Source: Octopus bimaculoides | Taxonomy: Eukaryota | Reading direction: 5' to 3' | Length of the DNA stretch: 42,606 nucleotides | Assembly (NCBI RefSeq): GCF_001194135.2 | Contig: NC_068988.1 | Coordinates: 52,640,659 to 52,683,264, forward strand | Shown: in pieces, positions 11,072 to 23,800 of the stretch | Layout of the letters: the number at the start of each line of letters is the position of its first letter | Position numbering within the stretch: position 1 is the stretch's first letter | Notes under the pieces: model-generated | Told to the model about the DNA's origin: nothing | Seen by the model: only the letters and a program-made list of their open reading frames with translations | The model's database searches: none | Position numbers and translations under genes: made by a program

Positions 11072-11288
11072 TAAGTTTCAAATTTTAGTACAAGGCCAGC
11101 ATGTTCGGGGGAGGGAGTGAGTCAATAACATCGACCTCGGTGTCTTACAGGTACTTATTTTATCGACCCCGAAAGGATAAATGGTGAAGTCAACCTCGGC
11201 GGAAATTGAACTCACAACGTAATGTCTTTACGAAATGCCGTTAAGCATTTTGCCCGGCGTGCTAACGATTCTGCCAGCTCGCCGTCCC
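11072..11288 (-). mobile_element. SINE family B (GCTGGCCTTGTAC tail variant)
   Basis: Aligns to 7261-7474; degenerate TSD ATTAATTTGTATA / ATTTAATTTATATA. Confidence 0.9.
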
Positions 11289-12083
11289 ATTTAATTTATA
11301 TACTGACAATAATACAGCTGTCTAACTGTAGACTTTAACTACAAACTATCTAATTAGTCTCTCTAAAGACACTGACACAATAATAGTCTAACAAGTCGTT
11401 GATCATAAATCACCAAATTAATCTGTCTATAGACACTATAGACACAAAACAATTGTCTAACTACAGACTTTAGCCCCACTCCATCTAATTAATATATCTG
11501 TTGACAGAGACCACAACAATAGTCTAACTATTTACATTGACTACAGGTCATCTAATTAATATATCTATAGAAAGAAACCACAATAATGAGCTGATTATTG
11601 CCATTGACCACAGGTCATCTAATCAGTATCTATGGACAGAGACCAAAACAATGTTCTCACTACAGGCATTGACTAGAAGTCAATTTATATATAATAATAC
11701 AAGTGTCTAACTTAGTGGGGTTAGCTAGAGTGTGTGCCACCCGGACAGATCTTGTGTTTGCCGCACCCTACACGGGATCCCAAGCCTAAACAAGCTTTTA
11801 GCGCCGGACCAAAAGTACCACCTTAATAAAAGCAGCACCCGAGTTAGACATCCCTTCTCGCCCTCACCCAGCTACGCTACTTGTTTAACTATACATTTTC
11901 CCACAAAGTATTTAACTTATATAGACAATAGCACAACGATTTGTCTAACTATAGACTTTAGCAAGAGATTGTCTAATTATTCTCTCTATAAACACTGACA
12001 TAACAGTGATCTAACTAAAGCCATTAATCACAGACCATCCAATTAATTTGTTCAAAGACATTAACACAACAATTGTCTAACTA

Positions 12084-12469
12084 TTGTTGTTGGCACTCCG
12101 TCGCTTACGACGTCGAGGGTTCCAATTGATCCGATCAACGGAACAGCCTGCTCGTGAAACTAACGTGCAAGTGGCTGAGCACTCCACAGACACGTGTACC
12201 CTTAACGTAGTTCTCGGGGATATTCAGCGTGAAACAGTGTGACAAGGCTGACCCTTTGAATTACAGGCACAACAGAAACAGGAAGTAAGAATGAGAGAAA
12301 GTTGTGGTGAGAGAGTACAGCAGGGTTCGCCACCATCCCCTGCCGGAGCCTCGTGGAGCTTTAGGTGTTTTCGCTCAATAAACACTCACAACGCCCGGTC
12401 TGGGAATCGAAACCGCGATCCTATGACCGCGAGTCCGCTGCCCTAACCACTGGGCCATTGCGCCTCCAC
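12084..12469 (-). mobile_element. SINE family C, full length, RTE-type (CAA)n tail, perfect TSD
   Basis: TSD TTGTCTAACTA at 12073-12083 and 12470-12480. A-box TGGCCCAGTGG, B-box GTTTCGATTCC; tail GACGGAGTGCCAACAACAA. Confidence 0.95.
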
Positions 12470-12819
12470 TTGTCTAACTATAGACTTTAGCCAAAAGTCA
12501 TCTAGACTACTATATCCATAAACAATGAGTAAAACACTGGTCTAACTATAGTCATTGATTACCGATTATTTAATTATTGTATCTATAGACACTGATGTAA
12601 TAATGGTTTATAAGGCCGTAATAGTGGTGACGAGGGTTCGAGTTCAAGTATGTTACTGGGGTTTCCTTGTTGCTTATCACTATGGTTACAGTTGTGAGGC
12701 TGTGCAAGTTCCGCCCCCCCCCCCGAATAGTGCTGTGTGAAGGTGAGGTGATGAGGTGGGGGTCTGTAGTTGAGCGAACAACGTTCAGTGTGGGACAAAG
12801 TAAGGGGAAAAGAGTGAGC

Positions 12820-13419
12820 GAGACTGAGAGAGTGAGAGAGAGTAAGAGAGAGAGAGAGAGAGAGTAAGAGAGAGAGAGAGAGTAAGAGAGAGAGAGAGAA
12901 TAAGAGAGAGAGAATAAGAGAGAGAGAGTAGGAGGGGTGGGGAGAGTGAGATAGAGAGAGAGTTGTTGGAAGAGGGAAAGATGTAAAATGTGGGTGAGGG
13001 AGATAGAGAGAATTAGAAAGTGAGGGAGGGAGATTGAGGGTGAGGAGAAAGTGTGAGAGGCGAGAAAGAGAGTGAGAGAAAGAGAAAGAGAGTGAGAGAA
13101 AGAGAAAGAGAGTGAGAGAAAGAGAAAGAGAGAAGTGGTGCGGGTTTAGATAAGGGTGTACTGGGGTGTCGATAGAGGAGACAAGAGGAGAAAGTGTGAT
13201 TGATGGGAGGAGGAGAGAGAGAAAAACGACTGTGAGAGTGAAGAGAAAGGCAAAAATGCAAAGGAGAGAGAGAGAGAGAGAGAGAGAGAGTGTTGGATGT
13301 GGTGGGGGTTAAGAGAAAATGAAAGTAGAAAATAAAGGAGAAGTACGTGTAACGTGTGGTAGTAGAGAGAGGGAGGGGGGAAGAAGTGTGAATATGTGTG
13401 AGAGATATAGAAGGGGAGA
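12820..13419. repeat. Long purine-rich (GA)n compound tract, including a 20-bp unit AGAGAAAGAGAGTGAGAGAA x3
   Basis: Direct reading; runs into the gap at 13420. Confidence 0.9.
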
Positions 13420-14241
13420 NNNNNNNNNNNNNNNNNNNNNNNNNNNNNNNNNNNNNNNNNNNNNNNNNNNNNNNNNNNNNNNNNNNNNNNNNNNNNNNNN
13501 NNNNNNNNNNNNNNNNNNNNNNNNNNNNNNNNNNNNNNNNNNNNNNNNNNNNNNNNNNNNNNNNNNNNNNNNNNNNNNNNNNNNNNNNNNNNNNNNNNNN
13601 NNNNNNNNNNNNNNNNNNNNNNNNNNNNNNNNNNNNNNNNNNNNNNNNNNNNNNNNNNNNNNNNNNNNNNNNNNNNNNNNNNNNNNNNNNNNNNNNNNNN
13701 NNNNNNNNNNNNNNNNNNNNNNNNNNNNNNNNNNNNNNNNNNNNNNNNNNNNNNNNNNNNNNNNNNNNNNNNNNNNNNNNNNNNNNNNNNNNNNNNNNNN
13801 NNNNNNNNNNNNNNNNNNNNNNNNNNNNNNNNNNNNNNNNNNNNNNNNNNNNNNNNNNNNNNNNNNNNNNNNNNNNNNNNNNNNNNNNNNNNNNNNNNNN
13901 NNNNNNNNNNNNNNNNNNNNNNNNNNNNNNNNNNNNNNNNNNNNNNNNNNNNNNNNNNNNNNNNNNNNNNNNNNNNNNNNNNNNNNNNNNNNNNNNNNNN
14001 NNNNNNNNNNNNNNNNNNNNNNNNNNNNNNNNNNNNNNNNNNNNNNNNNNNNNNNNNNNNNNNNNNNNNNNNNNNNNNNNNNNNNNNNNNNNNNNNNNNN
14101 NNNNNNNNNNNNNNNNNNNNNNNNNNNNNNNNNNNNNNNGGTGGTGATGGAGGTGGTGGTGGCGGTGGCGGCGGTGGCGGCGGTGGTGATGGGGAAACTG
14201 AACGAAAATTGTTATGAGAACGGGCCGTTGGCAGTTGAAGC

Positions 14242-14330
14242 TGTTGTTGTTTAGTGCCGGGTCAGTCTCGATCGAGAAGGCTTCTGATCAAGGCTAATCC
14301 GTTTGTGACCATCCCGTCTTTTCCGTCTGA
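14242..14330 (-). mobile_element. Family E, 3' end
   Basis: Reverse complement AAGACGGGATGGTCAC ... TTGATCAGAAG ... GACTGACCCGGCACTAAACAACAAC. Confidence 0.75.
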
Positions 14331-14389
14331 GCAAGAAACACGGGACCTTTTAATACGGCGTTTATTCTTTCTGAAGAAGTGGGTGTGTG

Positions 14390-14704
14390 CGTACGTGAGT
14401 GAATGCGTGTGTGTGTGTGTGTGTGAGGGGGACTATGCGCGTGTATGTATACGTATGCGTGTGTGTATATGTATGTGTATGTGTATGTGAGTGCGTATAT
14501 GTGTGTATATGCATATCCGTATGTGGGTGTGTGTGTGTGTGTGTGTGTGAGTGTGTGTATTTGTGGATGTACGAAAGAAAAAGAAAAATAGAGAAAGACT
14601 AAGAAAGAGAGAAGGAATGAAAAGAAAACGGAAGATAAAGCAGAAGAAAGACAGAGAGAGAGAGACAGAGAAATAGAGAAAGAGAGAGACAGACAGACAA
14701 ACAA

Positions 14705-14749
<45 letters not shown>

Positions 14750-14789
14750 AAGAGAGAGAGAAGGAGAGAGGGAGACAGAAAGAGAAAAG

Positions 14790-14834
<45 letters not shown>

Positions 14835-14975
14835 TGAGAAAGATACAGACACAGAATCAGCGATATGAATTTATACATTCTATGTGTATGTTAGAGAGGG
14901 GGGAATGGGAGAGACAGAGAGACAGAGAGACAAAGAGACAGAGACAGAGAGATAGAGAGAGGAAAACAGGAAGTA
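14390..14975. repeat. (TG)n then (GA)n compound tract
   Basis: Direct reading. Confidence 0.92.
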
Positions 14976-15847
14976 NNNNNNNNNNNNNNNNNNNNNNNNN
15001 NNNNNNNNNNNNNNNNNNNNNNNNNNNNNNNNNNNNNNNNNNNNNNNNNNNNNNNNNNNNNNNNNNNNNNNNNNNNNNNNNNNNNNNNNNNNNNNNNNNN
15101 NNNNNNNNNNNNNNNNNNNNNNNNNNNNNNNNNNNNNNNNNNNNNNNNNNNNNNNNNNNNNNNNNNNNNNNNNNNNNNNNNNNNNNNNNNNNNNNNNNNN
15201 NNNNNNNNNNNNNNNNNNNNNNNNNNNNNNNNNNNNNNNNNNNNNNNNNNNNNNNNNNNNNNNNNNNNNNNNNNNNNNNNNNNNNNNNNNNNNNNNNNNN
15301 NNNNNNNNNNNNNNNNNNNNNNNNNNNNNNNNNNNNNNNNNNNNNNNNNNNNNNNNNNNNNNNNNNNNNNNNNNNNNNNNNNNNNNNNNNNNNNNNNNNN
15401 NNNNNNNNNNNNNNNNNNNNNNNNNNNNNNNNNNNNNNNNNNNNNNNNNNNNNNNNNNNNNNNNNNNNNNNNNNNNNNNNNNNNNNNNNNNNNNNNNNNN
15501 NNNNNNNNNNNNNNNNNNNNNNNNNNNNNNNNNNNNNNNNNNNNNNNNNNNNNNNNNNNNNNNNNNNNNNNNNNNNNNNNNNNNNNNNNNNNNNNNNNNN
15601 NNNNNNNNNNNNNNNNNNNNNNNNNNNNNNNNNNNNNNNNNNNNNNNNNNNNNNNNNNNNNNNNNNNNNNNNNNNNNNNNNNNNNNNNNNNNNNNNNNNN
15701 NNNNNNNNNNNNNNNNNNNNNNNNNNNNNNNNNNNNNNNNNNNNNNNNNNNNNNNNNNNNNNNNNNNNNNNNNNNNNNNNNNNNNNNNNNNNNNNNNNNN
15801 NNNNNNNNNNNNNNNNNNNNNNNNNNNNNNNNNNNNNNNNNNNNNNN

Positions 15848-15910
<63 letters not shown>

Positions 15911-16298
15911 GTGTGTGTATATATGAATATATATATTAAGTACTATGTATGTATGCAAAAAAATGATTGCCATACTTATCTTTATCTCATTGATTACATA
16001 CACATACAAACATGAATACACACACACACACACATAAATACATACATACATACATACATGTACGTACACACCTACATAAGTACATACACACATATTCACA
16101 CACATATATATTGATATGTATGCTTTAATTTATTTTCTGTTCATCATTCCGTTTGTAAAGCATGGTGGTTTATAGATACATACATACATACATACATATA
16201 TATATGTGTATATAAATAAATATGTAAATATATATATATATATATATATATATANNNNNNNNNNCTATCTGGCGGGACACTTTATATATATGTGTGTG

Positions 16299-16353
<55 letters not shown>

Positions 16354-16588
16354 ACACAATAACATATATACATATAAACATGTATAAATATGAATGAATT
16401 TATGTATGTTTATCAATCTATCTGTCAGTCTGTCAGTCAATCTATCTATCTATCCATCTATCTATCTCTCTATCTATCTATCTATCTATCTATATATATA
16501 TACATATATACACACACATATATATATACATATATATACACATACATATATACATACATATACACATATATATACATATATATATACA

Positions 16589-16620
<32 letters not shown>

Positions 16621-16775
16621 CATACACATGTATATGGTGTATAAATAGATACATATAAATACTTACATTTATATACATGGGCGTGTGCCCATGCCTGCTC
16701 GCTGTTCGTGTTGGTGGGAGTTTGTGTATGTATGTTTGTATGTATATATCAATTTCTAGTATGTGTGCAGGTATA

Positions 16776-16847
<72 letters not shown>

Positions 16848-17514
16848 NNNNNNNNNNNNNNNNNNNNNNNNNNNNNNNNNNNNNNNNNNNNNNNNNNNNN
16901 NNNNNNNNNNNNNNNNNNNNNNNNNNNNNNNNNNNNNNNNNNNNNNNNNNNNNNNNNNNNNNNNNNNNNNNNNNNNNNNNNNNNNNNNNNNNNNNNNNNN
17001 NNNNNNNNNNNNNNNNNNNNNNNNNNNNNNNNNNNNNNNNNNNNNNNNNNNNNNNNNNNNNNNNNNNNNNNNNNNNNNNNNNNNNNNNNNNNNNNNNNNN
17101 NNNNNNNNNNNNNNNNNNNNNNNNNNNNNNNNNNNNNNNNNNNNNNNNNNNNNNNNNNNNNNNNNNNNNNNNNNNNNNNNNNNNNNNNNNNNNNNNNNNN
17201 NNNNNNNNNNNNNNNNNNNNNNNNNNNNNNNNNNNNNNNNNNNNNNNNNNNNNNNNNNNNNNNNNNNNNNNNNNNNNNNNNNNNNNNNNNNNNNNNNNNN
17301 NNNNNNNNNNNNNNNNNNNNNNNNNNNNNNNNNNNNNNNNNNNNNNNNNNNNNNNNNNNNNNNNNNNNNNNNNNNNNNNNNNNNNNNNNNNNNNNNNNNN
17401 NNNNNNNNNNNNNNNNNNNNNNNATATATAGAGAGAGAGAGAGAGAGAGATGTATAGAATATTATGTATGTATGTATGTATGTATGTATGTATGTATGTA
17501 TGTATGTCTGTATC

Positions 17515-17557
<43 letters not shown>

Positions 17558-17566
17558 ATATATCTA

Positions 17567-17602
<36 letters not shown>

Positions 17603-18300
17603 TATATATATACACTATACATACATACGTTTGTAGATTTTGTATTTGCTTAATCTCACCTTATATATTTCTGTCTGGCGACGGAAAATATACCAGCTTT
17701 GTGTGTGTGTGNNNNNNNNNNGTGTGCGTGCGCGAGCGCATGTGTGTGTGTGAGTGTTCGCGCGTGCTCATAAATGTTTATTTATCATTCATAAATACAT
17801 ACATTCATGCATATATGGATGACTGTCTTCATGCATATATGTATTTGGTTATACACACACACACACACACATTAAATAGTATGTAATTCTGTGTGTACGT
17901 ACCTGTCCGTGCGTGAGCGTGCGCGCTAGTGTGTCTGTGTATGTGTGTGTGTATGTATGGATGTGTGTGTGGTTGTGTTTACGTGGGTGTGGCTGTATTA
18001 AGGAGACAGCATAAAAAAATAGAAGAGAAAACGATGAGATATAAGGGCGATGTCTGTGGGTGGGTCACTGTTTTTTTATGCGTATGCGCGTGTGTGTGTG
18101 TGTTCGTGTTCACATGTGTGTACATGTGTACGTGTACGCGCGTGCATGTGTGCGCGAACGTGCATGCATGAATATATGTGTGTGTGTATGCGCACGAATA
18201 TGTGTGCATGTATGTGTGTGTGCATGAGTGTGTGTGTATGTGTAAATACACACATACGTACATCACGTATACATACATACATATATATATGTGTGTGTTG

Positions 18301-18368
<68 letters not shown>

Positions 18369-18510
18369 TACATATACACGACCGAACATACAGGAGTCCT
18401 ATATACAGACACATGCAAATACACATATAAATACACACACACACACAAACACACAAATAAACAAAAAAAACACAAACACCCATACACCCATACACACATA
18501 CACACATGAA
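15848..18510. repeat. Microsatellite-dominated block (TA, TACA, CA, TCTA) with gaps
   Basis: Direct reading; little unique sequence. Confidence 0.85.
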
Positions 18511-18728
18511 GTTTCCCAATACCTTTAAGGTTGTGAACCCAAAGCCCTAATATTTCTGATTGGTTCAGTCACTGCAAGAATATTTACCCTACGCTCGCTG
18601 TACTTAGCTATCGACCCTAACCTTCCATTGACCTCCCTCTCCCCATACCCACAAACCACCCACAGGTCAAGCTAATATCCAGCTTTATGCTACAACTGCA
18701 TTTGTCCACTTTTATTGCTTGTTGTTGT

Positions 18729-18759
<31 letters not shown>

Positions 18760-18853
18760 TGTCGATGTGCATTGTTGTTGTCGGTTCTGGTCTGGAAGAC
18801 GCATCCATCCATCTTTGTTTTTTTATTATTTATTTATTATTTTTTTTTTGTAG

Positions 18854-19026
18854 CTTTTACTTGTTTCAGTCATTGGATTGCAGCTATGCTGGGCCACCTC
18901 TTGTAGTGTTTTAGAAGAACAAGTCGACCCCAGTAATTTTTTTAAGGTCTGTTGTTTACTCTTTACATGGGGCCTAAACAAGCAAAACCCGGTTGTCACA
19001 TGGTGTTGGGGAGCAGATACAGACAG
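18854..19026 (-). mobile_element. SINE family A, 3' half
   Basis: TTTTACTTGTTTCAGTCATTGGA ... GTCGACCCCAG ... CGGTTGTCA. Confidence 0.82.
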
Positions 19027-19091
19027 TCATACACACATACATATATGTATATCCACATATACACAAAAACATACATATACGTATACTTTGC

Positions 19092-19418
19092 TATGGCCTA
19101 CCACCCCCTTAGTTTTATAGTGAGCATCCAGAAAACCACAGTCCTTGCACAACCAGCCCCAAATACCATCTTACTAGATCTTGATGTTATCATCTCTGAT
19201 ACATCTGTCAAAAACTAGAGCATTTTCCTTATCTAGGCAGCCTTCTATCAAACAAGTACACCTCGAAAAAGGATGTGGAACACAAAATTGGGGCTGTACA
19301 CGGGGCGTTTGAAAAGCTAATTAAACGCGTCTTAAACAAGAAAGATCTGAACTCAACAAAGAAAACTATGGTCTATAATGCTGTTGTCATCTCAACCTTG
19401 CAATTTAGCTGCGAAACC
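19092..19418 (+). pseudogene. RTE-clade LINE reverse-transcriptase fragment (frameshifted)
   Basis: Two frames read VSIQKTTVLAQPAP ... then LEHFPYLGSLLS ... DVEHKIGAVHGAFEKLIKRV ... KTMVYNAVVISTLQFSCET. This fits the RTE/BovB pattern SLKKTEV..QPAP / F.YLGS / AFGRL / VY.AVV..TLLYGCET. Confidence 0.88.
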
Positions 19419-19860
19419 ACGCAGCGGGACTGAAACAGAAGCCACCAGATTGCGAAACGAGCTTCATAACTCCACAACCAAGCCTGCAGATAGTTGTGAA
19501 CTATCCCCAAATACACGAAATATAATAAATAAATGAATAAATATGAGTAGATTTTTCAATTCGATTTCAGTTTGACCGTAAAAAATGTTCAGGAAATTTC
19601 CCTCTCAGCAAAGTACAATGTTATTTATATATATTAGTAACAGAGGCAGTATTAATACCGAAAGCTAATATTTACCCCCCATTTGAACGTGGACATTCTG
19701 TCAGAACAAACTATACCACGTGGTTATATTGCAATGGTTACCATGTGAGAAAGTCACATATTGGCTTTTTGGTGCAAAATGCATTCTTGTTTATATAGTT
19801 ATTTATGTAGCTAGACTCCTTTTATAGAGCCTGGGCATTCTTGGCTATTGGCTAAGTAAG

Positions 19861-20250
19861 TTGTTGTTGTTGGCACTCCGTCGCTTACGACGTTGAGGGT
19901 TCCAGTTGATCCGATCAACGGAAATTAACGTGCTTGTGAAATTAACGTGCAAGTGGCTGAGCACTCCACAGACACGTGTACCCTTAACGTAGTTCTCGGA
20001 GATATTCACCGTGACACAGTGTGACAAGGCTGACCCTTTGAATTACAGGTACAACAGAAACAGGAAGTAAGAGTGAGAGAAAGTTGTGGTGGAAGAGCAC
20101 AACAGGGTTCGCCACCATCCCCTGCCGGAGTGTCGTGGAGCTTTAGGTGTTTCGCTCAATAAACACTCACAATGCTCGGTCTGGGAATCGAAACTGCGAT
20201 CCTATGACCGCGAGTCCGCTGCCCTAACCACTGGGTCATTGCGCCTCCAC
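19861..20250 (-). mobile_element. SINE family C, full length, perfect TSD
   Basis: TSD GGCTAAGTAAG at 19850-19860 and 20251-20261; nearly identical to 12084-12469. Confidence 0.95.
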
Positions 20251-20854
20251 GGCTAAGTAAGTATATCTGCTTTATTCATGAAACAATCCAGATTCACATC
20301 AATCCTCTCTTTGATCACCCAAAAAGTTATTTGGACTTATAAATTTCAGTAACGAAAACGAAGATAAGGCCTTTTCTTTAACGTCTATCTAATATTTTTG
20401 CCATTCACTGTCTTTAAAAATATTGAAATAACTTCTCTTTTCCAGGGGGTGAAAGCCTAACATTTTCTCCAGAAAGTATACAAGGAACTAATATTTTCTA
20501 TCCACTTGCGACATGCCAAGAGATGGATCATTCAGTGACATCAGAGAAGTGTCGAACCTAGAACAATATTCTCTACAATATCTCAAGACATACCAATGAA
20601 GATATATCCAAATTTTCTTTCACATAAAAAATTTGAATTTTGCTGAGACCCATCCTCTTGATGGTAAAATATCGGTCGCAGGTTAATGTTGGAATGTTGG
20701 AGATAGAAGGGAACGCGTGGTGACTTAGTGTTGGTAGACTGGCGTTGGTAGAGTAGAATTTGTAGGCTATTATTAGTAGGCTAATTTTAGTTGGCTAATG
20801 TTGGTTGGCTAACGTTGGGAGGAAATTGAAAAAACTATCATCATTTCCTATTGT

Positions 20855-21034
20855 ACATACATACATACATATATACATACATATATACAAACACATACAT
20901 ATATACACGCACACACATACATACTTGCACACACATACACACACAGACAAACACCCACACCCACACACATATATGCATGTATACATCTACATGTATATAT
21001 ATTTGTATTGAATATGTACATGTGCATTATATGT

Positions 21035-21102
<68 letters not shown>

Positions 21103-21135
21103 ATTTATACACACACACACGCACATATATATTTA

Positions 21136-21166
<31 letters not shown>

Positions 21167-21191
21167 ACGTGCACGCGCGTGTATACATATA
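20855..21191. repeat. Compound (TACA)n/(CA)n/(TA)n/(TG)n
   Basis: Direct reading. Confidence 0.93.
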
Positions 21192-21351
21192 TACAATGGG
21201 TTTCTTTCAGTTTCCGTTTATCAGACCCACTCACGAAACTTTGGTCAGTCCGAAGCTATAGTAGAAGACACTTACCCAAGGTGCCACGCAGTGGGACTGA
21301 AGCCGGAACTATGTGGTTGGGAAGCAAGCTTCTTGTCACACAACCACGCCT
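21192..21351 (-). mobile_element. SINE family A, 5' half with intact head
   Basis: Reverse complement starts AGGCGTGGTTGTGTG. Confidence 0.87.
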
Positions 21352-21396
21352 TAAATAGATATACATATACATATATCGACATGCATGTAATAGGAA

Positions 21397-21432
<36 letters not shown>

Positions 21433-22050
21433 ACATATAGGCACATGATAGGAAATATGTACATGTATAAATAAATTACGGAAAACCATAAATGTGTAGG
21501 GGTATGTGAGTGTCTTGTTTTACTTTTGACTTCAATAGTTCTAATTTTACTTAACCCTTTTCCCATCTTTCGTTGAGTATCCTGCTTTTTGCACGATAAT
21601 TCTCAATTTTGATATTTCCCTTTAAACTCTCGCGGATGTCTTTCGCTGTTTCTGACAAGGTTGTTGAACTTCGTTCAGAGGTCTTTACATTTCAAACGAA
21701 AATGTCTCGGTGACAATAATGCTTTCACAACAATCCGTAATCTCAGATAACAGACGTTTGACTATATTCTACCTCATTTATTATCATTATGTTCTGTGTA
21801 CATTGTATGCTGTTTATTGGATGTGTCAACAGATTATAGGATAAGGCCAGTCGCATTCATAATAAAGACTCTGTCAAGCTTGAAAAACAAATGTTGTTTG
21901 TTATCATTTCAAGACGGTGACCAGAACTGCCTGGCAGGCTGGTGACGATACCAATAATGGTAGCACAGTGTTGATTTAGCCTGGGAATGTTAGTAGCTAA
22001 TGTAGTACAGACTAGTAGTGGTAGTTTGTGATGGCAGACTATAGATTGTC

Positions 22051-22120
22051 GTTGTTGTTGGTCCAGAATTTTAGCTGTTATTAAGCAAACCTATGATTTA
22101 AAAACCGTAACCATATCGTT
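22051..22120 (-). mobile_element. Family E, degenerate 3' end
   Basis: GTTGTTGTTG ... TTAAGCAAACCTATGAT ... CCGTAACCAT. Confidence 0.5.
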
Positions 22121-22126
22121 TGTGTA

Positions 22127-22180
<54 letters not shown>

Positions 22181-23734
22181 NNNNNNNNNNNNNNNNNNNN
22201 NNNNNNNNNNNNNNNNNNNNNNNNNNNNNNNNNNNNNNNNNNNNNNNNNNNNNNNNNNNNNNNNNNNNNNNNNNNNNNNNNNNNNNNNNNNNNNNNNNNN
22301 NNNNNNNNNNNNNNNNNNNNNNNNNNNNNNNNNNNNNNNNNNNNNNNNNNNNNNNNNNNNNNNNNNNNNNNNNNNNNNNNNNNNNNNNNNNNNNNNNNNN
22401 NNNNNNNNNNNNNNNNNNNNNNNNNNNNNNNNNNNNNNNNNNNNNNNNNNNNNNNNNNNNNNNNNNNNNNNNNNNNNNNNNNNNNNNNNNNNNNNNNNNN
22501 NNNNNNNNNNNNNNNNNNNNNNNNNNNNNNNNNNNNNNNNNNNNNNNNNNNNNNNNNNNNNNNNNNNNNNNNNNNNNNNNNNNNNNNNNNNNNNNNNNNN
22601 NNNNNNNNNNNNNNNNNNNNNNNNNNNNNNNNNNNNNNNNNNNNNNNNNNNNNNNNNNNNNNNNNNNNNNNNNNNNNNNNNNNNNNNNNNNNNNNNNNNN
22701 NNNNNNNNNNNNNNNNNNNNNNNNNNNNNNNNNNNNNNNNNNNNNNNNNNNNNNNNNNNNNNNNNNNNNNNNNNNNNNNNNNNNNNNNNNNNNNNNNNNN
22801 NNNNNNNNNNNNNNNNNNNNNNNNNNNNNNNNNNNNNNNNNNNNNNNNNNNNNNNNNNNNNNNNNNNNNNNNNNNNNNNNNNNNNNNNNNNNNNNNNNNN
22901 NNNNNNNNNNNNNNNNNNNNNNNNNNNNNNNNNNNNNNNNNNNNNNNNNNNNNNNNNNNNNNNNNNNNAACTAGCTAATCGATCGTTTGTATAATGTACT
23001 GATTAAACAATCAATCGGCTAATTTGTGAAAGTCCTTTTGTCACTATTCACGACCTCATCAAGGACATGCCATCTCTCTTCAAGATTTGTTTCAACACAA
23101 GCATTCGCATCCAGAATCTTGCAAACCAAATATAAAAGCGATTTAAAAAATAAGCTTACGTGAATATTTTTTTGTTGGATTTTCTTTTTTTTCTTTTCTT
23201 TTCACAAATCTTACAGTTATTAGAAAATAAAATTTCGATTTGAAATTTTTCCAGTTTCTGTTAATAAACTAACAATTCAAAAATATCACCAGTGATAAGC
23301 TACGTATTCGTTTCTATTTTTTGTTTTTTTACACATTGCGATTTGAACCATTTTCATTTCTGTTATTTATTTATTTATTTATTTATTTCAGTAAATGATT
23401 TAACAAAGAACACACACACACACATACACATACACATATATATATATATCACAGCGTTCAGTATCTCCTCTCGTTCGGCTTAATGGCCTTTTAACGTTGT
23501 TTTCACTGTTTAATTTTTCCTGTCTTGGATTTTGCTTAGCAGGTTAATCCACTTCGCGAGAAGAGCTATTCTAAGAGTACCAGTAATAAAGTGAGGTAGA
23601 TCAAATATGCTGTCTTGTGTCTACGCTAGAAATCATTATCGTTGAATGGAAGATTTAACAGTCTTGTGGATTGTCTTCACCGACCTTTCCGATAAATGAT
23701 CGCGTCAATTGTGAATTGAATAATCAGCCAAGAC

Positions 23735-23800
23735 AACGGTTCATAACCAAAGCACTTTGCTTTCGACATCTCAGTTCACCCAGCTGTAAATAGGTACGAG
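23735..23800 (+). mobile_element. Old SINE core remnant (V-domain-like)
   Basis: CAAAGCACTTT ... CAGTTCACCCAGCTGTAAATAGGTAC resembles the core at 37370-37443. Confidence 0.4.

Larger units (their letters stand above)
10950..12600. repeat. Degenerate ~66-bp tandem satellite interrupted by three insertions
   Basis: Motif (A)ACAAT(T/A)GTCTAACTA(T/C)AGAC recurs at 11320, 11386, 11455, 11522, 11589 and 11654 (spacings 66, 69, 67, 67, 65), and again at 11943, 12075, 12472 and 12540. Confidence 0.8.

Noticed and set aside
14240-14375. Apparent minus-strand terminal exon KNKRRIKRSRVSCSDGKDGMVTNGLALIRSLLDRD after a CTTCTTCAG acceptor
   Set aside because: Most of it is the family E 3' end; no transcript evidence for exonisation.
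20430-20560. Strong acceptor CTTCTCTTTTCCAG followed by a 39-codon open frame
   Set aside because: No good donor, no recognisable protein, and the length is within chance.
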